Shown one piece after another: positions 17,974 to 27,345 of a stretch of 51,728 bases of DNA. The notes under the pieces were generated by a model that worked only from the letters and a program-made list of their open reading frames with translations, did not search any database and was not told the DNA's origin. Both the position numbers and the translations under genes were made by a program. Origin of the DNA: Pseudomonadota bacterium. GTDB lineage: Bacteria; Pseudomonadota; Gammaproteobacteria; Ga0077536. The stretch spans positions 1 through 51,728 of the forward strand of contig JAYTEX010000089.1 in assembly GCA_043734785.1 (NCBI GenBank), given 5' to 3'. Numbering within the stretch: position 1 is the stretch's first letter; the number at the start of each line of letters is the position of its first letter.

Positions 17974-18849
17974 CTATAGGGCGTGCGTGCGCTCGACGAT
18001 GTTCGCGGACTTCTCAAGCCACTCTGGCGCGGCGCCGTTCGAAATTTCTTCCGACATGCTGATCGAGAAGAGCACGAGGCGTGTCGCGCCGGCGTCACGG
18101 TAGGCTTTAAGGGTTGCGTTCGAGAGTTGTCCCTGCTCTGGATCGACGAACGGGCAGAAGACAAGTTTTGCGGGATCACGGCCATTCGCCTGCATCATTT
18201 CGCGTAGTTGCGCCGCTTCTTTGGCGAACGAGTCGGGATCCGCCACGATGGGGCACCAGCCATCATAGCTGCGCGCAATGCGCTGCAAGGCCTTTTCGCC
18301 ATGGCCGCCGAGCAGGAATGGCGGGCCTCCGGGTTGATGCGGCTTCGGTTCACAGCGCACGGCCGGGAATTGGATCTGCTTGCCGCTGTAGCTAGGCTTG
18401 TCTTCGGTCCACAGACGACGCATGGCCTCCGTCATCTCGCGCATGCGCTGCCAGCGGGTGGTGAAGTGGGCACCCATGATTTCGGTTTCTTCTCTGAGCC
18501 AGCCGGCGCCGATGCCGAGCAGGAGGCGTCCGCGGGAATAGTAATCGAGACTTGCAATCGCTTTGGCGGTGACCAAAGTTTCGCGTTCGGGAAGCAGGCA
18601 GATCCCGGTCGCGACTTTGAGGCGAGTCGTCACCGCGGCCGCCATCGTCAACGCGACGAACGGATCAGTCCAGCGCCCGTAGTGCTCCGGCAACTCGCCC
18701 CCTAGCAGGTAGGGCGTGGTTCGTTCGACTGGAATGATCGGGTGTTCCGGGATCCACATCGAATCAAAGCCGATCTCTTCGGCGCGACGCGCCACGGTGG
18801 GCAGGTCTCCGGATTGCGCAGTGGCGATGTATAAGAAGCCGATGTTCAT
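17974..18849 (-). CDS. LLM-class oxidoreductase, probable F420-dependent subfamily
   Basis: AEEIGFDSMWIPEH, DPFVALTMAAAVT, AKAIASLD..S.GRL.LGIGAGWLREE, PKPHQ; GGAGG SD. Confidence 0.85.
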   Translation of the reverse strand: MNIGFLYIATAQSGDLPTVARRAEEIGFDSMWIPEHPIIPVERTTPYLLGGELPEHYGRWTDPFVALTMAAAVTTRLKVATGICLLPERETLVTAKAIASLDYYSRGRLLLGIGAGWLREETEIMGAHFTTRWQRMREMTEAMRRLWTEDKPSYSGKQIQFPAVRCEPKPHQPGGPPFLLGGHGEKALQRIARSYDGWCPIVADPDSFAKEAAQLREMMQANGRDPAKLVFCPFVDPEQGQLSNATLKAYRDAGATRLVLFSISMSEEISNGAAPEWLEKSANIVERTHAL

Positions 18850-19421
18850 GTGTCCTCCAAAGATGGCACTACTTACGTTGATGATGTCGTCAAGAAAAAT
18901 TCACCTGTGACCGGTAGGTTGGCCACGTCGCGCAAGCTCGGGAAAGCGCGGTGGATTCATGCGAGCCGCATGGCGTCGCGATGGCGTGTGAGATAGGCAC
19001 GACTCACCACATCCTGCTGCACGCCCAGTATGGGATGGGTGACCACATATAGCACGCCGCTGATCCGATGTTTCGGAATCAGGATGCCTTTCACACGCGT
19101 ATGGCGAGCGTCGCGCAACAATCGAGATCCCAAAAGCCACAGAACTGTCGCAAAGCCAGTGGTTTCTCGCGACGATGGGTGCGCTACCATAGCTCGACCG
19201 TGGTGCAAGAGGGGACAGACTATCGTCGAGGCGAGGATCTATTCTCGACTGGTCGCGACCATGAAGAAATTCGAGCGTGCGCGGCAACCGAGGAACGCGA
19301 GTATTCCAGATTCTCCTGTCTACATTTAGGCCCGCGATTCTCGATTCCCGAGAAAAGGACGGTTATCCTTTGGTGGTACGCCAAAGATTTACGCTTACGA
19401 TTAATCGCACAAGGAAGCTTC

Positions 19422-19670
19422 ATGACCCCAGAATCTGTACACGCACTGAAAGGCCGGATATGGAAACAACCACCATTACATCGCGCCGAGTACTTATCAG
19501 ACTTGGACGCGGCGATTGCGTTGTCTGCTGGCGAAGAGCAGGACGCGGCATTAGCAAAAATCACGAAGCGAGTGGTGCGAGCCGAGGCGCTCAACGACCG
19601 CAACATGACGCGCAAAGAGGCCGCAGCAAAGGCGGCGGCGGATAAATTGCGTCAAGAAATAGGCTTCTGA
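19422..19670 (+). CDS. Small hypothetical protein (82 aa, Ala/charged-rich, probably helical)
   Basis: AAGGAAG SD before ATG; protein-like composition; no family recognised. Confidence 0.55.
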   Translation: MTPESVHALKGRIWKQPPLHRAEYLSDLDAAIALSAGEEQDAALAKITKRVVRAEALNDRNMTRKEAAAKAAADKLRQEIGF

Positions 19671-19760
19671 TAGCGCAGCGCACGGAAATTCAGCCGCGAG
19701 CGCCTGATTTCGCATTGCGCCACAGCCCAGACTTCAAGCGTCGCACCTGCTACGCTTGAT

Positions 19761-19781
19761 AAAAGCAGTGGAACTGCTTTT
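19761..19781. terminator. Possible bidirectional terminator hairpin
   Basis: AAAAGCAGT-GGA-ACTGCTTTT perfect inverted repeat. Confidence 0.45.
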
Positions 19782-19806
19782 GGCCAAAAACAATCGAGGA
19801 GGGACC

Positions 19807-20013
19807 ATGTCCTACGTGCGAGCTAAACAATCGTTCAAGGATGCTCAACGCGCCATCAAATCGAACCATGATGTCGCCCTGCTATCCATCGTCGAAGGCC
19901 TGCTACATTTGACGACCTCGCTCGAGCACCATGTGGCTGAGCTACATTCCGAAATCGTAAAAGTGCGCAGCGGTCTCGGTGGCCGAAAAGCGCGCAAAGT
20001 CGCCCCGTTGTAG
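19807..20013 (+). CDS. Small hypothetical protein (68 aa)
   Basis: GAGGAGG SD before ATG; amphipathic or coiled-coil-like sequence. Confidence 0.55.
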   Translation: MSYVRAKQSFKDAQRAIKSNHDVALLSIVEGLLHLTTSLEHHVAELHSEIVKVRSGLGGRKARKVAPL

Positions 20014-20062
20014 GGCCGAGGACCTATCCGCTATCGTGTTTTAAATTAACCGGGAGTCACCA

Positions 20063-20280
20063 ATTTCTGACGATGATTATGAAGCACGAACTCGAGCGAT
20101 TGCGCAACGAGAACGCTGCACTCAAAAAAGGGACTGCCGCCGGCATCTCCATGAAAGTCAGCGAGAAGGGTGGGCTCTCGGTCTATGGCATGGGGCGTTT
20201 CCCGATCACGTTGTACTAAGGCACAGTGGCTGAAGCTCCTCGATATGTCCGATGGCCTACGGGCGTTCATTGCGGCGAAC
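20063..20280 (+). pseudogene. Frameshifted small conserved hypothetical gene
   Basis: MKHELERLRNENAALKK...MKVSEKGGLSVYGMGRFPITLY ends at TAA 20217-20219; skipping T20217 continues KAQWLKLLDMSDGLRAFIAAN. Confidence 0.7.
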
Positions 20281-20484
20281 GGGTGTGGCATATGTTGCAC
20301 TACCGCACCAGCAGCGCAGTGCTAGCTGCGAGTCGATTGCTGCGTAGCCTGCGGATACCTTAGTCTTGCCGACTCCCTAAAGGGGCGGGCTTACGGCAAC
20401 TGGCGATAAACAGGTCCGGTGTGGCCCATTCGATCGACCCCATAGCCCGCTCCGCCATTTCCGGCTAAAGTTCGACCTTCCAAT

Positions 20485-20595
20485 GGTGGCCCTACCGGTC
20501 CCCTCGCGACGCAAGACCGTGAACCCCGTCAGGCCCGGAAGGGAGCAGCGGTAACGGTGACTGCGGGTGCCGAGGTGTGGCTGGCAGGGCCGCCG
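20485..20595 (+). ncRNA. ffs: Small bacterial SRP (4.5S) RNA
   Basis: Domain IV GTCAGGCCCGGAAGGGAGCAGC; terminal pairing GGTGGCCCT/AGGGCCGCC; directly upstream of dnaX. Confidence 0.95.
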
Positions 20596-20624
20596 CTCCA
20601 TCCACTCATATGCCTGACAGTCCA

Positions 20625-22244
20625 ATGACCTATCAAGTTCTGGCGCGCAAATGGCGCCCGCGCGATTTCAGCCAAATGGTTGGCCAAGGCCATGTGCTGC
20701 GCGCGCTGGTCAATGCGCTGGACAGCCAGCGACTTCACCATGCCTATCTGTTTACCGGCACCCGCGGGGTCGGCAAAACCTCGATCGCGCGCGTGTTGGC
20801 CAAAGCCCTGAATTGCGAAACAGGCATCAGCAGCACCCCGTGCGGAAAGTGCAGTGCCTGTCTCGAAGTCGACCAAGGCCGTTACGTGGACTTGATCGAG
20901 GTGGATGCCGCGTCGCGCACGAAGGTGGATGAAACCCGTGAATTGCTCGACAACGTGCAGTACGCGCCTGCACGTGGGCGGTTCAAGGTCTACCTGATCG
21001 ACGAAGTCCATATGTTTTCCAATCACTCCTTCAACGCGCTGCTCAAAACGCTCGAGGAACCGCCGCCACACGTCAAATTTCTGTTGGCCACCACCGATCC
21101 CAAGCGGCTGCCCATCACGATTCTTTCGCGGTGCCTGCAGTTCAATTTGAAGCGCCTGGGGGTCGAACAGATTCAGGACCAACTGCAGCGGATCCTGGTG
21201 GCCGAGGAGATCAATGCCGAAGCGGGCGCCTTGAGCCTGATCGCGGCCGCTGCCGATGGCAGCATGCGGGATTCCCTGAGCTTGCTGGATCAGGCCATTG
21301 CATTTACGGGCGGCGCGCTCAATGTGCGTGAAGTCGCGAGCATGCTGGGTACGGTTAGCACGGAGCAGGTGATGCCGCTGCTGGATGCGCTGGCCAGCAG
21401 CGACGGCAAAGGATTGATCGCCAAAGCCCGCGAGCTGGCGGAATTTGCGCCAGACTTTGCGCAGATTCTGGGCGAGCTGCTGTCGGTGTTGCGGCGTGTC
21501 GCGGTCTACCAGGTGCTGGGCACTGAGGCGAGCTCACTGGATGAAAGCGACTCGATCAAAGTCCTCGCAGGCAGTATGAGTCCCGAAGACTGTCAACTTT
21601 TTTACCAACTGGGCCTGCTCGGACGGCGCGATTTACCGTTGGCGCCCGAGCCGCAGGTGGGTTTTGAAATGGCTTTACTGCGCATGCTGGCCTTCAAGCC
21701 AGCGGAACAGTTGAGCGAACCGGCGCCAGTGGCCCGTGCGATCCCCGCCGCTGCGACAGCATCGGCCGCACCACGTGCCGCACCACTGCCGCGTGCCGCC
21801 TCGGATCCGGTGGCGATAGCGCAGGCAGTCGCACTGCCGAGCGCAGCGCCCCCGGAACTTGATTGGGCAGCGACAGTGGCGCGTCTTGAAACGACGGGTC
21901 TGGTGCGCGAACTTGCGCGTCATTGCGCGCTCCAAAGCTTCAACGGACGCGTCGTCGAACTTGCGCTGACCCCGCAGTTACAGAATCTGCGCAGCGACCG
22001 ACAGGTCAAGGGCCTCGAGCAGGCGCTGCGCCAAGTATTGCAACACGAGGTCGTGGTGCGCTTCGTCGCGCCAGGAGCGGTGTCTGGCACGCTACTGGGC
22101 CAGACGCCCGCGCAACAATTCTCGGAGGTGGAAGCCGCGCGTCAGGCAGCGGCCGCGCATCAGATCGAGGAGGACCCGAATATTCAAACGCTGCAGCGAC
22201 AGTTCGGCGCGACGATCGAACGTGTGATCCCCAAGGATGGCTGA
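20625..22244 (+). CDS. dnaX: DNA polymerase III subunit gamma/tau
   Basis: YQVLARKWRP, GTRGVGKT, LIDEVHM, KTLEEPP, LSRC, GSMRD. Confidence 0.97.
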   Translation: MTYQVLARKWRPRDFSQMVGQGHVLRALVNALDSQRLHHAYLFTGTRGVGKTSIARVLAKALNCETGISSTPCGKCSACLEVDQGRYVDLIEVDAASRTKVDETRELLDNVQYAPARGRFKVYLIDEVHMFSNHSFNALLKTLEEPPPHVKFLLATTDPKRLPITILSRCLQFNLKRLGVEQIQDQLQRILVAEEINAEAGALSLIAAAADGSMRDSLSLLDQAIAFTGGALNVREVASMLGTVSTEQVMPLLDALASSDGKGLIAKARELAEFAPDFAQILGELLSVLRRVAVYQVLGTEASSLDESDSIKVLAGSMSPEDCQLFYQLGLLGRRDLPLAPEPQVGFEMALLRMLAFKPAEQLSEPAPVARAIPAAATASAAPRAAPLPRAASDPVAIAQAVALPSAAPPELDWAATVARLETTGLVRELARHCALQSFNGRVVELALTPQLQNLRSDRQVKGLEQALRQVLQHEVVVRFVAPGAVSGTLLGQTPAQQFSEVEAARQAAAAHQIEEDPNIQTLQRQFGATIERVIPKDG

Positions 22245-22322
22245 TGCGCACGGGCTATCTCCCAGGCGCGGGCCTGCGTTCAACCGGTGGATTTTGGTGA
22301 CCAAGGGGTTAAGAGGCACGCT

Positions 22323-22646
22323 ATGAAAGGACCGTTAGGCAATCTGATGAAACAGGCGCAGCGCATGCAAGAAGACTTGAAGCGCGCACAGGATGAAATT
22401 GCCGCCCAGGAAGTGATCGGCGAAGCGGGCGCTGGACTGGTCAAAGTCACGATGAACGGTCGCCACGATGTGAAAGCCGTGAAGATTGCGCCCGAGTTGC
22501 TCCAGGACGACGTGACGATGTTGGAAGATTTGCTCGCTGCGGCCGTCAATGACGCCGTGCGTAAGGTAGAGCGTGTCAGTGCGGATAAAATGGCTGGGAT
22601 GACGCAAGGCCTCAATCTGCCGGCGGGCTTCAAGTTGCCGTTTTAG
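22323..22646 (+). CDS. ybaB: Nucleoid-associated protein YbaB/EbfC
   Basis: [43 protein letters not shown]; between dnaX and recR. Confidence 0.96.
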   Translation: MKGPLGNLMKQAQRMQEDLKRAQDEIAAQEVIGEAGAGLVKVTMNGRHDVKAVKIAPELLQDDVTMLEDLLAAAVNDAVRKVERVSADKMAGMTQGLNLPAGFKLPF

Positions 22647-22652
22647 CGCGTC

Positions 22653-23246
22653 ATGACCACCGAGGTGCTTCAGGACCTGGTCAAGGCATTGCAATGCCTG
22701 CCCGGCATCGGTCCTAAATCGGCGCAGCGCGCGGCGTTTCATCTTTTGGAGCGCAACCGCGAAGGCGCACGCAAGCTGGCCCGGGTTCTCGAAGACGCGA
22801 TGACCCGTATCGGGCACTGTGAAATGTGTCGTACGTTCAGCGAGCACCCACGCTGCCGCATCTGCGAATCGCTGGCCCGTGATCCGGGCATATTGTGTGT
22901 GGTCGAATCCCCCCTGGATGTCGCGGCGATCGAGCACGCGCTGGATTTCAAAGGTCGCTATTTTGTGTTGCTGGGACGCCTGTCGCCGATCGACGGCGTG
23001 TCGCCGGATACGCTGCGGCTGGATTTACTGGAAGCGCGGCTGGCGACTGGCGAAGTGCGTGAATTGATCGTCGCCACTGGCACGACCATGGAAGGCGAGG
23101 CGACCGCGCACTACCTGAAACAGCTGGCTCAGCAGGCGCGTGTGACGGCGACACGCATCGCCTACGGCGTCCCCATCGGGGGCGAACTCGAGTATGTCGA
23201 CAGTTCCACCTTGTCGCTCGCCATCCAGAGTCGTCGCGAGTATTGA
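22653..23246 (+). CDS. recR: Recombination mediator RecR
   Basis: LPGIGPKSAQR HhH, C4 zinc finger, CVVESP, EGEATA, GVPIGGELEYVD. Confidence 0.97.
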   Translation: MTTEVLQDLVKALQCLPGIGPKSAQRAAFHLLERNREGARKLARVLEDAMTRIGHCEMCRTFSEHPRCRICESLARDPGILCVVESPLDVAAIEHALDFKGRYFVLLGRLSPIDGVSPDTLRLDLLEARLATGEVRELIVATGTTMEGEATAHYLKQLAQQARVTATRIAYGVPIGGELEYVDSSTLSLAIQSRREY

Positions 23247-23281
23247 GGTTTCGCCACCCACCCCGGTCGTAGGGAGAGCCG

Positions 23282-23830
23282 ATGAATTTTTCGCCTGACA
23301 ACCTGCTTTGGATCGATCTTGAAATGACCGGGCTCGAGCCTGAACGAGATACGATCATCGAGATTGCGACCATCGTCACCGACGCGCACCTGAGGCAGGC
23401 GGTCGAAGGACCGGTCATTGCGATTCACCAGCCTGCGGTGGTGCTCGCGATGATGGATGAGTGGAACACGCGACACCACGGTGAGTCTGGCCTGGTCGCG
23501 CGAGTGCGCGCGAGTGCCGCACGGATGGCGGATGCCGAAGCCGCGACCCTGGCCTTTCTCGCGCAGTATGTGCCGCCTAAGGCCTCGCCGATGTGCGGCA
23601 ACAGCGTCTGCCAGGATCGCCGGTTTCTCTACCGCTACATGCCGCGTCTCGCAGAATTCTTCCATTACCGCAATCTGGATGTCAGCACCGTGAAGGAACT
23701 CCAACTGCGTTGGGCTAAACATTTACCGCCTTTTGCCAAACGCTCGAGTCATCTGGCGCTAGAGGATATTCGCGAGTCGATCGCTGAGCTCAAACACTAC
23801 CGCAGTACTTTTCTGCGCGTGCCGGAATAG
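23282..23830 (+). CDS. orn: Oligoribonuclease
   Basis: [42 protein letters not shown]. Confidence 0.97.
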   Translation: MNFSPDNLLWIDLEMTGLEPERDTIIEIATIVTDAHLRQAVEGPVIAIHQPAVVLAMMDEWNTRHHGESGLVARVRASAARMADAEAATLAFLAQYVPPKASPMCGNSVCQDRRFLYRYMPRLAEFFHYRNLDVSTVKELQLRWAKHLPPFAKRSSHLALEDIRESIAELKHYRSTFLRVPE

Positions 23831-23834
23831 TTTC

Positions 23835-25301
23835 GTGAGCGACTTGCTGGCGTTGCACGACGTTAACGGCGTGCGTGTGCTCGAACAACGCGGGTGTGCG
23901 GCGAGTGGGATCGCGAGCTTGACACTCATGGAGCGCGCGGGCGCGGCGGCCTATCGATCGCTGCGCGCACGCTGGCCGCAAGCCACACGGATTGCCGTGG
24001 TCTGCGGTGCCGGTAACAACGGGGGGGACGGCTATGTGCTGGCACGGCTGGCGCATGCGGATCACCGAGAGGTGACGGTGATCCAGGTCGGTACGCCAGT
24101 CGCGCACAGTGATGCGGCGCTGGCCTGGCAGCAGCTGCAGGGGCACGCGATCCAGGTCACCAGCGAGTTCAGTGGGTTAGCGAGTGCCGAGCTGGTGGTC
24201 GATGCTTTGTTCGGGATTGGTCTGAATCGTCAGGTGGAAGGGTTGCCGCGCGTGGCCATCGAGGCCATGAATGCGGCAGTCTGTCCGCGCTTCAGTCTCG
24301 ATGTCCCGTCTGGCCTGAACGCGGAGACGGGCGGTGTACTTGGGGTAGCAGTGCGCGCCGCGGCGACCATCACCTTCATTGCGAATAAATGCGGGCTGGT
24401 CACCGGTGCGGCGCGTGACTTCGTAGGCGCGCTTGAGGTGGCGACCCTGGAAATACCGGCGGCAGTGTTGACTAGCGTGGCACCGCGCGCGCGTTTGAGC
24501 GGGTGGGCGGATTGGCGCGCCGTTCGTGTGCCGCGGCTGCGCACAGCACACAAGGGTGATAGCGGACATGTGCTGATTGTCGGCGGGGCGCCCGGCATGA
24601 GTGGCGCGGTACGCTTGGCGGCGGAAGCCGCGCTGCGCAGTGGCGCGGGTCTCGTCAGTGTGGCGGTGTCACCCGCGGTGGCGCACACGCTTAATCTCGG
24701 TCGCCCTGAAATAATGTCGCACGCGGTGGCAACGCCGGCTGATCTCGTTCCGTTGTTGGCGCGCGCGACCGTCGTCGCGCTCGGACCGGGCTTGGGCCAA
24801 GCCCCCTGGGCAGTCGCCTTGTGGGCGGCGTTGCGCGATGGCGATCGAACCTTGGTGCTCGACGCGGATGCGCTAAATCTCCTCGCTCGTGATCCTTCTC
24901 ATCGCCCCGACTGGATTCTAACCCCACATCCCGGCGAAGCCGCGCGCCTGCTGGGCGACCGCGATACTGCCGCCATCGCGCTCGATCGTTATGCGGCCGT
25001 GAATGCGCTCCAGCAGCGCTATGGAGGAACTGTCGTACTCAAGGGCGCCGGCACCTTGGTGCAATCGGCGAGCCAGCTTCGGGTCATCGCCGGCGGTAAT
25101 CCTGGCATGGCGAGCGGTGGGATGGGGGATGTGCTGACTGGCATCATTGCCGCGCTCCTCGCGCAGGGCGCCACCTTGGATGACGCCGCCGCGGCAGGCG
25201 CGGCCTTGCACGCCGCTGCCGGAGATGCTGCGGCAGTAGCAGGTGAGCGCGGTATGTTGGCGGGTGATCTGATGCCGTGGTTGCGCACGCTCGTCAATTA
25301 A
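23835..25301 (+). CDS. nnr: Bifunctional NAD(P)HX epimerase/dehydratase
   Basis: LMERAG, CGAGNNGGDG, VDALFGIG, DVPSG; HKG, GPGLG, DADALN, TPHPGEA, GGMGDVL. Confidence 0.95.
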   Translation: MSDLLALHDVNGVRVLEQRGCAASGIASLTLMERAGAAAYRSLRARWPQATRIAVVCGAGNNGGDGYVLARLAHADHREVTVIQVGTPVAHSDAALAWQQLQGHAIQVTSEFSGLASAELVVDALFGIGLNRQVEGLPRVAIEAMNAAVCPRFSLDVPSGLNAETGGVLGVAVRAAATITFIANKCGLVTGAARDFVGALEVATLEIPAAVLTSVAPRARLSGWADWRAVRVPRLRTAHKGDSGHVLIVGGAPGMSGAVRLAAEAALRSGAGLVSVAVSPAVAHTLNLGRPEIMSHAVATPADLVPLLARATVVALGPGLGQAPWAVALWAALRDGDRTLVLDADALNLLARDPSHRPDWILTPHPGEAARLLGDRDTAAIALDRYAAVNALQQRYGGTVVLKGAGTLVQSASQLRVIAGGNPGMASGGMGDVLTGIIAALLAQGATLDDAAAAGAALHAAAGDAAAVAGERGMLAGDLMPWLRTLVN

Positions 25302-25302
25302 A

Positions 25303-25833
25303 ATGAACAGGCTGGCGGCTAGGCGTGGTTGCGACCTCGACGATGAAGTCGCCATGAGCCGGCTGGCCGCGAGGGTGGCGGCGAGGGTCATCCCGGGCAT
25401 GCTGATCGCGCTCTCCGGGCCGTTGGCAGCCGGTAAGACGACGTTTGCGCGAGGCTTTCTCCACGCGCTCGGCCACCGAGGGCGGGTCAAGAGCCCGACG
25501 TTTACGCTGGTTGAGTCCTACCCTCTACCATACCCCCCGCCTGGGATGACCGTGCATCATTTCGACCTGTATCGGCTGGCTGATCCCAGAGAATTGTACT
25601 TTCTGGGTTTCGACGACTATGTGCAGCCAGGAACGCTCTGTCTGATCGAATGGCCGGAGCGGGGCGGGCAAGAACTGCCGCCGTTCGATGTGATCTTGAC
25701 CCTGGAACCTTTGCCGGCAAGCCGTCGACGGATCACCGCCGAGGCGCAGAGTCCGGCCGGGGAGGCGGTGCTAAGCGCCTTTCATCACGAAGTGCCTAAC
25801 GAGGACTCGGAAGGGGCTCTGGGAGAGCCGTGA
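25303..25833 (+). CDS. tsaE: tRNA threonylcarbamoyladenosine biosynthesis ATPase
   Basis: GPLAAGKT, VKSPTFTLVESY, HFDLYRL, LIEWPE. Confidence 0.95.
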   Translation: MNRLAARRGCDLDDEVAMSRLAARVAARVIPGMLIALSGPLAAGKTTFARGFLHALGHRGRVKSPTFTLVESYPLPYPPPGMTVHHFDLYRLADPRELYFLGFDDYVQPGTLCLIEWPERGGQELPPFDVILTLEPLPASRRRITAEAQSPAGEAVLSAFHHEVPNEDSEGALGEP

Positions 25834-25941
25834 TCCCTCGTATTTTTAAAGAGATACGCGTGTCTTCGAAGAAAGACTTGAAAGAGTATCGCGGATTAGC
25901 TGAGAATCCGCACTGGCCACTGAGGATCATCCTCTATCCTG

Positions 25942-27345
25942 ATGAGACGCTTGCTGTTTTTGGCATTCTTACTGGTTCCCTGGTGGGCCTCGGCCGTGCA
26001 GGTCGAAGATCTGCGCGTGTGGCATGCCCCCGATCAGACGCGCTTGGTACTGGATCTGTCGGCTGCGGCCACCTTCGATGTCTTTACGATCGCCCACCCG
26101 CACCGCGTGGTCATCGATCTCGCGCGCTCCAGCCTGCTTAAACCCTTGCGCCTGCCCGCGCAGGTCAAGGGTCGTATCCACGGCCTGCGCCAGATCTCGC
26201 GCAACCACGGTCAAGATCTCCGGCTGGTGCTGGATCTCGCGCACGCGGTTGAATTGCGTAAGGCCTTGCTGGCGCCGCACGCACCGTATGGACATCGTCT
26301 GGTCATCGATTTGCTTGAACCTGCGGGCGCCACGCCAACGCCTGTCGCAGCCGCGTTGGTCCCATCGCCGGCAATTGTCACGCCCCTGCCCGCCTCGGTG
26401 CCCGTGCCTGTCTTGGCGCCGATCGTCGATGCCGCAGTCAATCCCGTGAGGTCCACCGGGGTGGTCGCCACCCCGGCGGCGCCGACCACCCCGGTCGCAC
26501 GCAAATACGTGATTGCGATTGATGCCGGGCATGGGGGTGAAGATGTCGGCGCGATCGGGCCGCGGGGAACCTACGAAAAGAGTGTGGTCCTCGCGGTGGC
26601 GCGCGAACTCGCGGGATTGCTCAACCGCGAGCCGGATATGCGCGCCGTCTTGACCCGCGATGGGGACTACTACGTTGATCTGCGCGAGCGCATGGTGCGA
26701 GCACGTAAACACCGCGCGGACTTGTTCGTGTCGGTGCATGCCGATGCCTTTCATAACCGGAGGGTGCGCGGCTCCTCCGTTTATGTGCTATCGCATGGAG
26801 GGGCGTCCAGCGAGGCGGCACGCTGGCTAGCCGTACGTGAAAATGCCGCCGATCTGGTTGGCGGAGTGACGCTCGATGATAAAGATCATCAATTGCGCTC
26901 GGTGTTGCTGGACCTCTCACAGACGGCCTCGCTCGAAGCCAGTCTCGATGTCGCGGAGAGCGTGCTCGGTGCATTACGCAGAGTGGGCGCGGTGCATCGA
27001 ACGCAAGTTCAGGCGGCCGGTTTTATGGTGCTGAAGTCGCCTGATATTCCGTCGTTGCTGGTGGAAACTGCGTTTATTTCCAATCCCGCAGAGGAGCAAC
27101 TGCTGCGCGACCAGAAGTTCCGTCGCCACTTGGCCGGCGCGATCCGGGATGGCGTGAAAGCCTATTTCCATGGCCAGCCACTGCCCGGACAGCGTTATGC
27201 GCAGGGCCGACGCCATATGGTGACACGGGGAGATACCTTGACCGGTATCGCGCAACGTTATGAGGTCAGCGCCCAACAGATCCTGGCCGCCAATAATCGT
27301 CGCGAGCTGAGCGTGCGCTTAGGCGAGGTGCTACGTATTCCCTAG
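25942..27345 (+). CDS. amiB: N-acetylmuramoyl-L-alanine amidase (AMIN, Amidase_3, LysM)
   Basis: Signal peptide; TRLVLDL/RVVIDL; IDAGHGGED, SVHAD, LVETAFISN; C-terminal GDTL..IA.RY; syntenic position. Confidence 0.88.
   Translation: MRRLLFLAFLLVPWWASAVQVEDLRVWHAPDQTRLVLDLSAAATFDVFTIAHPHRVVIDLARSSLLKPLRLPAQVKGRIHGLRQISRNHGQDLRLVLDLAHAVELRKALLAPHAPYGHRLVIDLLEPAGATPTPVAAALVPSPAIVTPLPASVPVPVLAPIVDAAVNPVRSTGVVATPAAPTTPVARKYVIAIDAGHGGEDVGAIGPRGTYEKSVVLAVARELAGLLNREPDMRAVLTRDGDYYVDLRERMVRARKHRADLFVSVHADAFHNRRVRGSSVYVLSHGGASSEAARWLAVRENAADLVGGVTLDDKDHQLRSVLLDLSQTASLEASLDVAESVLGALRRVGAVHRTQVQAAGFMVLKSPDIPSLLVETAFISNPAEEQLLRDQKFRRHLAGAIRDGVKAYFHGQPLPGQRYAQGRRHMVTRGDTLTGIAQRYEVSAQQILAANNRRELSVRLGEVLRIP

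Noticed and set aside
18935-18970. GGGAAAGCGCGGTG resembling a cobalamin riboswitch start
   Set aside because: Lacks the following AAxxCCG T-loop arm, the GCCACTG core and the B12 box
19068-19421. 5' extension making the 19422-19670 ORF 200 aa long
   Set aside because: The extension has no SD and low protein-likeness; the SD lies before ATG 19422
20625-22244. dnaX programmed -1 frameshift producing gamma
   Set aside because: No AAAAAAG slippery site or long A-run seen in the gene
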